From Vicugna vicugna (lineage: Eukaryota): a DNA stretch of 64,000 nucleotides. Under the pieces are notes generated by a model, which saw only the letters and a list, made by a program, of their open reading frames with translations, was not told the DNA's origin and did no database searches. Shown piece after piece: positions 24,835-38,850 of this stretch (position 1 is the stretch's first letter; each line of letters starts with the position of its first letter). The stretch lies in assembly GCA_013265495.1 (NCBI GenBank), contig MU058844.1, positions 7,873,260-7,937,259 on the forward strand. The letters run 5' to 3'. A program made the translations under genes and the position numbers.

Positions 24835-26199
24835 ACTATGAACTTAATCTCCAAACTTGAACATGTACATTTTTAATTGTACCATATAAGAATTAATAAC
24901 ATTAACAATGTTTAGCCTTTGTTTTCATGCTGCTGAACAGCTGTGTCAACTCCTAAAATTAAGATTAAGATCTGGAAAATATGTTAAGAATCACCTAATA
25001 AAACTCCCCTTTTCACAGGACAAGAAACTGGAGCTCAGACGAAGAGTTACTCAAGACTGTACTTGTTATTTGTTAGTGTCAGAGTTAGAAGTAGACCCCA
25101 AGTGTTCTTACTCCATAACTGGTGATCATTCCAGTATTCTGCAGCTTTCTGAGCAAAATCATGTAAAAATGGTTCAACCCGTTGGCATGGCACGGATATA
25201 ACTAAAAGTTTCACACAAGATCACAAACACTTTAAATTATAGACTTGCTTATGAAATAGATTCTCCTCAGAAGTAACAAAATGTGGAATACTAACACACC
25301 ACTTTTTAATTTACTCGCACAAAGAACTTCATAAATTAAAGAGAAAAACACCCACATACACATTAAATGACTAAATGTTCTTCGGTTTCCAAGGAATTCT
25401 CTCACTGGGCCTTACAGCAGAGACATTTATGATGGAAGATGAAGTCACTTTTGAAAAGAAAACACTGGCTCTTTTGACTATATGGAAAAGCAAATGTGTG
25501 TCAATATGTTGCTGACTCAAACAGACCACAGGAACCATATGAGAATACTCCACCGTGTTCCCAGACTTCTGAATACCTATGACATTTTCCCATGTTAAGA
25601 CTATATCTAAATGACAACAACAGTAAAAATTTGTACAACATAAACATGGCCACACTGAAGAGGACACCACTGGTCCCGTATTTCCAGCACAGAGCTGGCG
25701 AAACCCGCATCACAGACTATATAAATTGTTCATGAAAAACAGAACTCTTTAGTCTCTCATTGTCATTTATAGAGAGCTTTAAAACACCGAATTCTTCCTT
25801 CAGGACTTAAAAACACAACAAATTTGGAAGTCCATGAATACTTCTGACACACCGAGAAATAGCTAAGCCTTAGAACACTGTCACTGTACAGGGTTCTTTC
25901 AACTCTGTTAGATCTAGTTTAAGAAAACAACACTGGCTCCCCAAAACTGACATACGCTTTCTAATGACTGCAAATTCAGGCATGTGTTGGCACATCTGAA
26001 AGGGCAGTCTGTCTGTCGGAAGAAATGAGAAGACTCTTGTGAAAGAATTAATCCAAAGGGAATAGGGTGTAGACACACAAGTGTGATCCAAAGAGATGAA
26101 TCGAAAATTTCCAACCTCAACTTGGAACTAAAAAGTGACAGAAATTCTACGCTGTTTCCTTATCCCGAGTTCATTCCACCCCTCCAAACGACGACTCCA

Positions 26200-28745
26200 A
26201 ACTCTGCTCTCCTGAAGCCGCTACGTCCTAGCCCTCTCCCTTTCTCTCCACAGATGGTTTCACCTCCCAACTCTAAGAAGGAATAGAAGCAACCAGGCTG
26301 GAAGACCCTCAGTTCTTACCAGAACTAAACTTACTGACAACCCCAGCCATTCTTTTTAATGCTTTGTTGCTATTCAGGAGGAATGACATCCTTCTTCCTA
26401 GTCATTAATAAATGACTTCAACAATAAATCACTGTAGAAGGCTTTGAATTCCACCTTCTTTGGGGAAACTCACTCGCTGGTTCTCTTCTCTTTTTCCTCC
26501 ATCTTCGGTCTCTCCCTTGTTACTGAACCTTTCCCCACAGCATTTAAACATATTCAGATTTTCCTCATCTTAAAGACATAAACATACAAAAACAAAAGTT
26601 ATTCCTTTCACCAGAGCTTTCGAGTCCCCAGTTCTTACCTATGGTAGCCCTTTCCTTCTCAGACAAATGACCCTAACAAGATGTCTCTACCTCTTTTTTA
26701 GCTCCATTTCTACTCCTCCACTTACTTTCCAACCCACCCCAGATGGCTTTCAACCCAACCATTCTTTTGAATATGCTCACTTTTATATTAACCTCTATAG
26801 AGCAAAATGCAACAGATTATTTTCATCCGGTCTCTGGCTTGGAGTAGCATCAGCATTCAAAACTGATAGATGCCCCCCTTTTCTTAAAAATAATTTGCTT
26901 CCTTGGTTCCCTGACTCCATATTCTCCTTCCACCTCTTCTCCCCCCATATTTCTATGGCCTCTTCCTCTCAGCCTCAGTACAGTGTGACATCCCTCAGGG
27001 TTCAGTCCTCGGCCATCTTTTCTTCTCCTCCTGTGTACTCTATCTAATCAACTCCATCTACTCTTACAAATTCGATGACCTCCCACACAGTATATGCTGG
27101 TGATCTTCAAACTTTGTCTCCATCTTGGAATTCTCTATTGACCATCAGACGTATTTTCCATACATCCCTGACTTCTGTAGTTGGGGAAAGCAACTCAAAT
27201 TCATTTTCCAAAAACTGGATTTATTACCTCCACCCATTCCCAGAGCTGTCAACACAATCCTCATTCTCCTCCATCAGTAAAGAGGGGCACCTGTGACCAA
27301 GTTACTCACGCCAGGAACTTGAGAGTCACTTGACTCCCTTCTCCTCTTCACACCCTCATAGCCAAACACATAACCCAACACTGCTACCTTCTAAACAGCT
27401 CTAGAATCTGTCTACGTTTCTCCCCAAAGTTCCAATAACTGCTCAACTGCACTACTGTAATAGCTTCATAATGATCTACCCTTGTGATTGCATTCTCAAA
27501 GTGTAGCCAGACTGAGCTTTAAAAACAGTCTCTACTGTACACCTCCCTGCTTAAAAGCCTTTAGTGACTTTTACATTTTTACTACAGAAATTTGCTTCCA
27601 TAAATAATAGATAATGTTTATTGATGTATTTAAATGTTTTATACATGAACGATATCCTGGATATTCCTCTGGAATTAGCCTTTTTAACTAAACATTTTAT
27701 TTTTTAATATTACCCTCAAAAATTCACAAGCTCCAAGGCACTTTTTTTTTCAACTGATGAATAGGGTTCCATTCTATGACTAAACCATGGTTTCTTTATT
27801 CATCTCTCTACTGAGGGCTATTATGTTAGCCCTACTTTTTCATTGCAACAAACAATGCTGTGATTAAGTTTCTTGAAAACGTCTCTTGTGCATATATGTG
27901 AGATCTCTTGAAAATGAATACCTTGAAGACAAATGGCAAGGTCCCAGGGGTTGCAGTTTCTGAGCTCCACCCATTGCGTAGGGCTGATACATCCCAACTT
28001 CGGGATAGCAGTTATCTGGGAAGAGAGGAAGGGAGGGAGAGGGCAAGAAGGGATTTCAGCTGAAATGAAACAGTTTATTTCTTTAAAACATGTTAGATTC
28101 AATGATAACTGTGAGGTGCCCAATGTAATATTTCTTTTTACATTATTTTGTACTTTTATAATATTTTGTAATTTAAAGTATTTTTAATCAAGCTTTCAGT
28201 GTTTCTCATTATCTTAGAATAAAATCCAAGCCTTCTACTGTGACGTATAAGGTCCCCCTTGATCTGGTTTCTATTGGTCTTTCCAGCCTCACTGAAGAAA
28301 GCACACCACTTTTACCTGACCTCTTCACATGGGGTCTGTGCTCTGAGAGGGCAGGGTCTTCTCACACTTTGCCTCTGTTTGAGGCATCATCGCTTTTCCT
28401 CCAGTTTTCCCCACAGCCATTGACTTATTTAATTCCTTCTGTGCTCTCAGATCTCAGCCTAGATGTTACTTGAGGAATCCTTCCCTGACCTCTAAGGTTA
28501 TTTAATTTTCCTCACTAGACCTTTCCATAGCACTCTTTACTTCCCATTTGCAACAACCCTTACATGTGTCATTATTTCTTTCATATCTATCTTTAAACCA
28601 TAATTGATTGATTTACTTGTTTGCATCTATCACCTCCATTAGATTCTAAGCCCCCTTAGCTCAGAAATTGTCTGTCTTGTCCACAAAAATCTATTTCCAG
28701 CACCCAACCTGATGCCTAGCATACACATGTTCAATCAGTAGTCTC
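26200..28745 (+). mobile_element. Long L2 fragment interrupted by old L1 pieces (~27590-28190)
   Basis: L2 ORF2-like CCAGATGGCTTTCAACCCAACCATTC, TATATGCTGGTGATCTTCAAAC (YADD-region remnant), CCTGCTTAAAAGCCTTTAGTGAC, resuming CTTAGAATAAAATCCAAGCC. Confidence 0.75.
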
Positions 28746-31700
28746 TGGACAATGAAGCTGTTGGAGGAACATTTGTGAACAGTGCTAGGCAGGGTATGTT
28801 GGACCCGCCAGATCATCCTCCAACCCCCAAACTACGGAGATCTAAGGCAAGAAGCATGAAACTTAAAAACAATAATAATAATAAAAGGAGAATCACATTG
28901 CTAAACATCCGTAAGACACTGAGAGCATAAGCAACAAGATCTAGTGGCCCATATAAGGCTCAAGTTGATGTCAAGTCAACTTTCCGCTTAGGGTATGACG
29001 GGTGGGGCAGGACAGAACAAGAATGGGCCACACAATGAGCTGCAAGCAAGACCAGCCAGATCTGGAATCAAACACTAGACTTTTGACGGACAGGAGACAT
29101 CACTGGGCTAATTAATGGGAGAAGTGACCCAGTGTCAGGATACCATGGCTGAATCAGGAGTCCCACAGGTGTAAGCCCTTGGGAGGAGGTCCCACTTACC
29201 ACAGAGTGGGTCGGGGCAGAATGGTAGAAACAAAGAACTGTTACTCTTATTGCTGCCCTATTGTGCAAACATTTGAGTATTTTGTCACAGGATCACAAAA
29301 CGAAGACTAGGTAAGTGAAACCTTTTCATAATTCTACGTGACATGGCAGAGCTGGAAATCATAGGTATATACCATTAGTTTCATTTAAAACACAGAAATA
29401 AAAGCTGTGTCAGATCTTTAAATAAGGGCCAATCTAAGGCAAGGAGAGTTCAAGTTTGCAAACAATCCATGGCTTTCAGTAGAAACATCTGCTTTTAGCA
29501 TTGTTCATACCTTATCAGCTGCTGTCAATTACCTACATCCTAAGAAAATACTTATTTATGTCACATATATGCACAGAGTGGAATAAAACATCTAGAAGTA
29601 TCTTTCCCTTCAACAAATTATTTTTTCTAAATGGGCTATTTTGACTCCCTGGTCCTAAATCCCTGAATTGACTAAGTTCCCCTATTTTAGCTGGCTGTTT
29701 TATTCTGTTAATTATTTCACTGCCAGAATATCATTTCTGTATATAAACCCGGCAGAGATCATGAAAACATACGCAGTCTGAAGCAGCAGCTCTTTAAATC
29801 CACCAACTCCCTCGCTTCTCTTGCTCTTATCCTGGTGCTGTTACAAAACATATTACTTTCCTGACCTCCTGAGACATTTCTTGGGGCCAGTATACTAGAC
29901 CCCATAATTCACTCAAAAGCTAAAGTTATTGTCAAGGCAGCAGTTATATTCCCAAGAGTTGTGATAAATAATTCATCCAATGCATTCATTTCCAGAAGAT
30001 CCACTCAGCTATGAACTTGGTTCATCTTCAAGAAAGTGCAAACATTGCCTCAAAATTGAAGAGCTGCTTCAGTGTGGACCAAATACCGGGAAAGCTGGGG
30101 TAGAAAGACACATTTTAGTACATAAACATTGAAGAAGACTGTAAATTGCTTGCAAATGTATTGCTGTCTTCCAGAGGCATTTGCAACCACAGGGTGGGAG
30201 AGGCAAGGGGAGAATCCTCAGACTCTACAGGCAGTTCCCAGCAGTGCCCCAGGGAACAAGCAAAAACCCCACACGGCTGTGACCTCTAGAGAGACAAAGG
30301 AGGTCCAGAATCAGCTTTTCACCCATTTCCTCCTCTTCAGTTGATATGCATTCACGTTTCTCCAGATGGCCTCGCCAAAAGTGAAAAGTAACAATCCTCG
30401 TCGCCTGCCATTTACACAAGCAGAACTGTATTCAGTTTAACCCTTGTCACGTGAGGCACAGCATATCATTCAGCAAAAGTAATGGCCATTGTGCCCCTAC
30501 CATTTGGAAGGAAAAGAATTTCCAAGGCATTTTATTTTCTGTGAACTTGGAGCTACATGTAAATACAATTTTTTTTCTCTTTTTTGATGAGATTCCCTAT
30601 TATTGAGTAATATTTTTTAATGTGATCCTGTGCTATGAAAATAGCTTCCCTGGTTGAAGAGCAGACATAGGCAACATTCCAGGGCAGGCAAGTCCAAAAA
30701 ACATATTATTACTATTATAATTTTATTTAAGTAATGCTAGTTTGAGGCCACTAGTTTCATGGAAAATGTGTGTGGACCTGCACACATATAGAAACACTGC
30801 CAGAAAATTGCAGAAACATTGACCATCCATTCAAGCACCAAAGAAGAAAGCTGCTGGACTCATTAATAACACATCTCTCAGGGTTCTTGCTACTTACCAG
30901 ACCAGCCATTTTAATTTTCTTACATTTCTCAGAAGCTAGGCTGAAGATTTTCTCACTTGCACAGAGAGAGCGACAATAAACAAGTAAGAAACAAAATCTA
31001 CGTTACTACCAGGAAGAAGGCAAACCAGGGATCTGAGGAGACGTGGTAAAAGGAAAATCTGGAAAGTTGGTAGTTTGATAGAATTTGACCATTTTTGCTA
31101 AAAGGAAGTCAAGATTTAAGGAAACATGAGGTTGCACTTTGACTTTCAGCACCGCTAGAGTTTCAGTACGCTGAAAAATCTGTTCTCCTAATTTGGATCT
31201 TCAAATTAGGAGACTGAAGGAGCCCCTGAGGACTTTGTTTTATGCATCAAGTTATCATCCCCTTTTGTATCAGGTCTGTTGTAAATGTTCATTATAATCA
31301 CTGCTGCTTCCTGTGGCAGATGGTCAGAACTGAACAGTTCTTCTCAGAGGAATTAAATATGGTTATGTCATCTCCCAAGCTGACTTAAAAGAAGTAATCT
31401 GAGATCAAGCAATGTTTCAGCTTCACTATTAGTTCAGAACCATCACCACAGGTGTTTTCTTTCCTCCATTTCTATAATTTTGATTATCTGTGATGAATGT
31501 GCATGGATCTCCATTTTTTTTGGCTTGATGTTCTTCAATAAATAAATAAAGATGAATAAATCATTGTACCCTCACCCCACATTTTGTTACATGCTTCCTC
31601 AGGAGCCCCCATAGGGATTTTCCTATTATATTTGCACAGCACTGTTTCTCATCTGTTGTCAGCAAACGCAAGGTGGATAGAAATTATTTCTTACACCAAA

Positions 31701-32479
31701 CTGCTGGTACGTGTAAATTCCACTTCCCATGAATACCTTGCACTGCTCTCAGGATATCGGTGGTCAAATATAATTAGCACGAAACACAGAGACTTCATCT
31801 AAAAAAATTCTCAGAATCTCCTACCTACTAAGAATGTCATCTGTTTTTTGTTCAACAGATCTTCAGTTGGCCAAGGGCTGTTTTAAGCAGGATGATACAT
31901 TTTCAAAGACAAGAATCTGAAAAGGGAGAGACTGTAGCTCCCGATCTGTCTCTAAGTAACAAGGTCCTTCTCCCCACCCTGGGGTCTCTTTCGAAAAGGC
32001 AGTATTTCTAATCCAAGATTTCACCATTCATAAAGGCTTATTCTTATGTGTTACTCAACCTTTCTGAACTTCCAATGTCTATGCTCTCTCAGCCTCCAAA
32101 TCTTCCTGTTGGTTTTCACCTCAGACACCACAGGAGACAAAGGGTGGGGGCTAGTATTTAAGGGTATGCATAGATGGTTGATAGAGTCAGGGGAGCTCTT
32201 TAGTATGCCTTGTGTTTTGTATATAGAAGCTTTCTTCTGAGGAAGTAAAGGATCTTAATTTCAGATAGGAAGTTGGCTTTGCAATTCCCCTGTGAAACCG
32301 GCAAATTATACTAAAACAGACAGACATCTTCTAGCAAATGTTGGGACTGTAACAGAAAAGTAGTCAGGAGACCTGGGTTTGTGTTCGTGTCTGCCACCTG
32401 CTAGTGCTTTAAATTTCACATCTCTCTGTTTTAGTATCTTCTTCCTAACCACAAATTATGAAGAGGCATATAATAATGG

Positions 32480-32680
32480 GTATGTATAATAATGTGTATG
32501 AATAATGGACACACATTATTATACATATTTATATTTTATATCCTTTTATATATACCTATATGTTATATATTAAATTATGCATATATACAAAGTAGTATAT
32601 ATATAAATAACACACATAAAATATGTATACATTCCGTATATATGGAAGCTATGAATGATAAAAATACTGTTTGTATATAA
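32480..32680. repeat. TA-rich low-complexity tract
   Basis: Degenerate (TA)n sequence. Confidence 0.7.
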
Positions 32681-33206
32681 GGTATTTTTAACATTATCAT
32701 CATCAGGAAACTCTCCTCACTCTGCAGATAAGTTGCAAGAAAGGAGTGGTAAGATGCCGTCCACGGGCACCCTTGTGCCCTGCCTCAGGCTGTTTTCACG
32801 ACCGCTGCTTCCTTCTCGGCAACCCCTGAAGGAGAAAAAGGAACAGATGTACCCTCTGCCCTGTGCTTGGTCAGCTCCATGCTTTGTATCCCAATCATGA
32901 AGATGGCAGCTACTGTGCTGGTGATAAATAGCAGTCCAGCCTGGCTTGAATAGGTCTGCAGCTGGCCTCCCAAGAGAAACCATCTCCCTGCCTGGCACAG
33001 GGGAAACAGCGTACGTTTTATAGTCCGGGACAAACTCATTTTCTAATGATGGCTTATCTGCTTACCTATCACCAGTGGAATCCATGGCAGTAACTCAATC
33101 CTTGTAATTCTTGTAATCTTGGTTCCCTCCTCCTAAATTTGAAAGAACCGGACTCCCCTTTCAGGAGACTGTAAAGGTTAAGTGAGAAATTGGAACGAAG
33201 CTTCTG

Positions 33207-35041
33207 GAGAGCCGGGCCAAGATGGCGGGGTAGGAGGGCGCCTGTGGCTCCCCCTCCCCGCCCCAGTACAGCGAAGGGCCATACGCGGACCCACCCGTTC
33301 GCTCAGAACACCTGCTGAACTTTGACAGAACACTGCCTTCTTCAAAAGACAAACTACACCACCAGTCTGGTAACACAAAAGGAAAAAAGAAGGAAGAAAA
33401 AGGAAAAGAGTGCGGGCCCAGCCCCGCGGGGAGGGAGCGGCAAAGGAGGGAAAGCGCCCGGTCGCCGGGGCTCCCCTCTCCCGCGGCGAGGCCAGCAGGC
33501 CGGAGCGGAGCCTGCGAGGAGGCTCCGGCCTGTGCAGCGCCGCCCTTGGCCGACAGAACTAAGCGAAACGGGCACAGAGGGTCCCTGCGGCACCCAGCCC
33601 AAGACGCGAACTGGGCCGGGAGGGACGGGGCAGGCTGCCTGAGCCGGAGCACCCCCATAAAATACAAAAAAAAAAGCAAAGCAACACTGCTGGCGTGCCC
33701 TGGGGGGAAGGGCACCGTAGCCTTTGTCTCCTCAGACCCTCGGCGCTATTCATGGTGCTTCTCTGAAGAGAGGGGGGGCGCAGCCACAGCCGCCACATCC
33801 TCCCAGGGGCTTCGCAACCTCATAGGCGGGACTGAGATTTGTTTACAGCCCTGCTGCCTCTGTGAACTCTTACCTCTAAGACAAACCAACAAGGAGCAGA
33901 GCTCTGGCACAGAGCAGGGGTCACAGCTGGCACGGCCATTTTCTCCAAGCCCGCCTGCGCGCCGCCAGGACGCGCGTTGGGAGGGGGCGGGAACCGCCCG
34001 CCTACCTTGCGTGAGAGCGCGGAGCCTAGACTCGGTGCTGGGAGGAGGCGAGATCCGCCCGCCTAGTGGCACTGGGGGCAGCACAGCCTGCGAGCATGAC
34101 CTGAGGGCCTCTGGAACCAGTGAGCGGAGTTCCCGCAGCAGGGTGAGGGCAGGAGCGGCGACAACCACAGGACAAAAAGGATGCCCCACTCAGTAGCCAG
34201 GGCAGGCTCTGGGCACCAGAACACCGGCCACACCCCCAACCAAAAAACAGACAAAAAGCATGGAAGGAAGACTTGGCAACCATCCATACTAAAGAAGGAC
34301 CTCTCAGCAAAATTATTAAGAGCACAGTCTCCATGGGAACACATTCACTTTTTTTCTTTCCTTTTTTCTTTCTTTTTAAATTTTTAATTAAAAAAGTTTT
34401 TTTATGTTTCTATTTTTTAATCCCTTTTATCATTTTCTTTCAAAGTATTTTTATTAATTTTTTAAAAATTAGTCTCAAATTTATTTTTATTTTTTAATTT
34501 TATTTATGGAAATAACCTAAATGTCCATCAACAGATGACTAGACAAAGAAGTTGTGGTATACTTATACAATGGAATACTACTCAGCCATAAAAATGATAA
34601 AATAATGCCACTTGCAGCAACATGGATGGCCCTGGAGAATGTCATTCTAAGTGAAGTAAGCCAGGAAGAGAAAGAAAAATACCATATGGTATCACTCATA
34701 TGTGGAATCTAAGAAAAACAAAAAAGAACAAATGAACTTATATATAAAACAGAAACAGACTCAAGCACATTGAATATAGACTTGTGGTTACCAAGGGGAA
34801 GGTGGGTGGGAAGGGATAAACTGGGAGTTCGAGATTTGCAGCTACTGACTGGCATATATAAAACAGATAAACAAGTTTATACTGTATAGCACAGGGAAAT
34901 ATATTCAATATCTTGTAGTAGCTTATGGTAAGAAAGAATATGAAAATGAATATATGTATAATCATGCATGACTGAGAGATTTTGCTTTACATCACAGATT
35001 GGCACAGCATTTTAAACTGACTAAACCTCAATTTAAAAATA
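33207..35041 (+). mobile_element. Bipartite (internally deleted) L1: CpG-rich 5' UTR joined to the ORF2 end/3' UTR, TSD-flanked
   Basis: Starts GAGAGCCGGGCCAAGATGGCGG (L1-type start, YY1 motif), is GC/CpG-rich to ~34230, then a T-rich tract to 34505. From 34506 it is L1 3' end ATGGAAATAACCTAAATGTCCATC...CTCAATTTAAAAATA. TSD AA(C/T)GAAGCTTCTG at 33194-33206 and 35042-35054. Confidence 0.85.
33218..33228 (+). promoter_or_regulatory. YY1 motif at the start of the L1 internal promoter
   Basis: CAAGATGGCGG about 12 bp into the element, the usual position in L1 5' UTRs. Confidence 0.65.
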
Positions 35042-36107
35042 AATGAAGCTTCTGCCACAGTTTTGATCACTTAGCAGATCTTAAGACATGGTGTATCCTG
35101 TCCTTATTCCATCCTCAGTTCTTTTTTCTATTCTTTAAGCAGCAGACAAGAAGCTGTCAGGATCATTCACTGCAGACTCTCTCTAGACACATACTTCTCA
35201 GCCCACCCCCTCAAAACCAGTATCTCCCCTAGAAAAAGTCTTCTGTTTTCCTTCCCACAGACATCAGTGACATTCATTGGAAAAGTTATCCTTTTGTCAT
35301 AATTTTGTGATCCAAAGTAGCTTTCCAACTAATTCTTTATTAGGATTATTATTGTATTCTACAAAACAGAGGATGGGAGAAAGCATGAGAGACCTCTTAT
35401 GTTCTCTTCCTTTACACCATAGTATTTGGGTTTATAAGTTTTTGTCTCAAACTGAGCTTCATTTGAAACCAAGGCAAAGCTTTTCATCTGCAGCCCATTC
35501 TTTTATAAGGATATGCAAGTTTTTATAGACAAAGTTTTGCTGTCACTTTGCATTTCTTTTACTTGAGTTTCCTAGTGGTTATGCCAGGAATACAATCAGT
35601 TGTGTGATTCAGAGATAAATTCTTCTAGCAAACACTGATAAAAGAGTAATGGTTATTAAAATTTCATATAATACAGTCAATTCAAAGAATCTGAATTTTG
35701 AACTATATGAGACCTTGAAGATCACTTGCTTCACTACCTTATTTTTAAACAGCAACCATTATAGAACATTTTCAAATGTCATGACATGTTCTACTAAATG
35801 TACCACGTGTACTGTTTAAATTCCACCTGATCACCATTTAACAGATGAAAAACTGAGGATCTGAAAAGTTTAATAAATTTTTCAAGGTCAAGAGGCAGAG
35901 AAAGATCTAGAAATTGCTGATTCTTCACTTTGGCTCTTTTTACTAAGCAATGATGTGTTGCTTTATTTATGTAAGAGGAAACACACATCAAGGGCTCTTA
36001 ATTGGTTTGAAGAGGGCGACAGAGGTGGAATGAGACATCTCGGCTCCTGAACACCGGATTTAGTCTTCCTTTTGACCTTATTACCCATTAAGATATTATT
36101 AGATGGG

Positions 36108-36826
36108 TGTTAAAAAGTCCACAAACAATATATGCTGGAGAAAAGGGAACCCCCCTACACTGTTGGTGGGAATGGAGCTTGGTGCAGCCATTATAGAAAA
36201 CAATATGGAGTTTTCCTTAAAAAAACTAAAAACAGACTTATGCTATGATCCAGTAATCCCACTACTGGGCATATATCCAGAGGAAACTCTAATTCAAAAA
36301 GATACATGCACCCCTATGTTCATAGCACCATATTCACAATAGCCAAGACATGGAAGCAACCTAAATGCCCATCGGCAGATGACTGGATAAAGTTGTGGTA
36401 TATATATATATATAATTGGAACTGCAGGTCATCATACTAAGTAAGCCAGAAAGAGAAAGGAAAATATTATATGATATTACTTTTATGTGGAATCTAAAAA
36501 ACTGACACAAATGAACTTATTTACAAAACAGAAACAGACTCACAGACATAGAAAACAAACTTATGGTTACCAGTGAGGAAAAGGGGTGTGGAGAGATAAA
36601 CTGGGAGTTTGGAGTTTGCAGATACTAACTATTATATAGAAAATAGATAAACAATAAAGTCCTTCTGTATAGCACAGGGAACTATATCCAAGATCTTGTA
36701 ATGGTCTGTAATGAAAAAGAGTATGAAAAAAAAAATATATATATATATATAACTGAAACATTATACTGTACACCAGAAATTAACACAATATTGTAAATCA
36801 ACCATACTTCAATAAAAAAAAGAAAA
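36108..36826 (+). mobile_element. 5'-truncated young L1 with TSD
   Basis: ORF2 C-terminus (IPLLGIYPEETLIQKDTCTPMFIA), 3' UTR, AATAAA and an A tail. 18-bp TSD AAGATATTAT(T/G)AGA(T/C)GGG at 36090-36107 and 36827-36844. Confidence 0.95.
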
Positions 36827-37899
36827 AAGATATTATGAGACGGGCTTCCATCATATTTTCTTGAGGGTTTTCACTTAATATTGAGGAATTAAACACAAAC
36901 ATGGTCCCCAGTCTTTTTACTTTGTCTTAGTTTTCCACTTTTATTCACATTTTCTTTCTCATAATTCTCTACTTCTAATTCCATTGTATTGTTTCTTTTC
37001 GTTATGTAGGGCCTTTTAAACCTCCTCCATTCTTTATGAGCTAGATAAGGAATGAATGAATGAAAGTATAAATAGTTCTATAGAGAAATGAAAAATGCAC
37101 AATCAAATGAAACAGTTTAGGGCTATAAAAAGTGTGATATTTGGAACATCAGATGGTACTTCTTGCCCTCTCTACCCTGTATTTTATTCTACTCTGTATA
37201 GTAAAGTAGCGCAGTCCACTGCATACCTGGAGAAGTACAGCCAGGCTGGGGCCCACAGAAGTAACCAGGAATTCTCCAGGAACTTTTACAGCAAGTGCGT
37301 CAATCACCTTGATTTGCTCCAACATTTTTACCCATAGCTCGGCTGTATCCCAGTTCTGATTTAGAGCTTTAACCCTGGCTTTTGATTCTACCTCCAGGAC
37401 TGGGACTTGATAGCTGAGCAAGGCTGGCTCTCTGGGCTTCGATTTTCCCAGCTTTCCTAGGCTCTGGCTGAAGCTCACTCTTAGCGCCTTCTGCTCCCTT
37501 CTCCTTCAGGATCCATTTGTCTCCTGGTTCCGGGCCTACCCCCCAGGTCTCAAAATTCTGCTCTCTGCCAGATGGAGAACTATTCATGCCAAGACTGCTC
37601 TTCCCCCTTCATTAGACCTGTTTCCCTGAGGCAGTGATAATTTTATCCTTGTCTCTCCACCATCACATGGTCTCCTCACAGCAGCAAACATTAGCACAAG
37701 GCAAAACTTAATTTTTAACAAATTCAGGAGGTCAGAGAGTAAAGAATGTAGCCATACAGGGAAATAAAAGTCTTGATGTGAACAGTAACTTTGACATGGG
37801 GACAACAGACATAGCTAACCACTTGATCACATGGCACCAGGGATCATCTTAAATTCATGGGGGAAAAGGAGTGGAAGGACACTGCATCGTTTATCTTAC

Positions 37900-38850
37900 C
37901 TCCCTGATGTTCATTCCTGCTACACCACCTTCTCTCCCAGCCTGCATCCATGGCCTCACAGGGAGTTCCCAATGATCAGCTGCCAGAGAAAGAGAAGACT
38001 TGAGCCTGGTTTATAGATGGTTCTGCACGATATGCAGGCACCTCACGAAGCAGTGGCACCACAGCCCCTCTCCGGGACATCCTTGAGGGACAGCGGTGAG
38101 GGGGAGTCCTCCGGTGGGCAGGACTTCAGGCAGTGCACCTGGATGCGCTCTTGGCTTGGAAGGAGAATTGGTCAGATGTGCAGTTATATACTAATTCATG
38201 GACTGTGGCCAATGGTTTGGACAGGAAGGGACATGATGAAAAAATTGATAACAAGGATGTTTGGGGGAGAGGTATGTGGATAGACCTGAGTGGGCCCAAA
38301 AAAGTGAAGATTTTTGTGTCCCATGTGAAGCTCACTAAAGGGTGACTTAGCAAAGGAGCATTTTGATAATTAAGAGGGAAAAATGACCTGTTCTGTACTG
38401 TGGATACCAGTCAACCTCTTCCCCCAGCCACCCCTGTCATCTGTCATCACCCAACAGGCTCCTGAACAAAGTGGCCATGGTGGCGAGAATAATTTTTTAT
38501 GCATGGGATCAGCAACATGGACTTCCACTCACCAAAGCCAACCTAGGTAAGGCCCTGCCTGAGAGTCCAGTCTGTCAGCAGCAAAGACCAACACTGAGAT
38601 CCCCCTGATGGCACTGTTCCCCAGGTTGATCAGCCGGCTACCTTGGAGGCAGGTTAACCACATTGGATGGCTTGCATCCCAGAAGGGGCAGAGTTTTTTT
38701 TCTTACTGGAAAAGACACTTACTTTGGATATGGATTTACCTTCCCTGCAACACTTCTGCCAAAACCACCCTCCGTGAACTTACAGAACGTCGTATCTACT
38801 ATCATGCTTCGCATTTCTTATCAAGGAACTCATTTCGCAGCTAATAAAGT
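37900..38850 (+). mobile_element. ERVL pol relic: RNase H plus integrase (HHCC and core)
   Basis: Frameshifted motifs WFIDGSARYAG, QPLSGTSLRDSGEGESS, LAWKENWSDVQLYTNSWTVANGL, WGRGMWIDLS..VKIFVSHV, EQSGHGG, TGKDTYFGYGFTFP, SYQGTHFAANKV. Confidence 0.92.

Noticed and set aside
33161..34387. Cluster of long overlapping ORFs (up to 216 aa) in a CpG island, suggesting a gene start
   Set aside because: They lie in the TSD-bounded L1 5' UTR. GC richness suppresses stops in all frames, and there is no recognisable domain.
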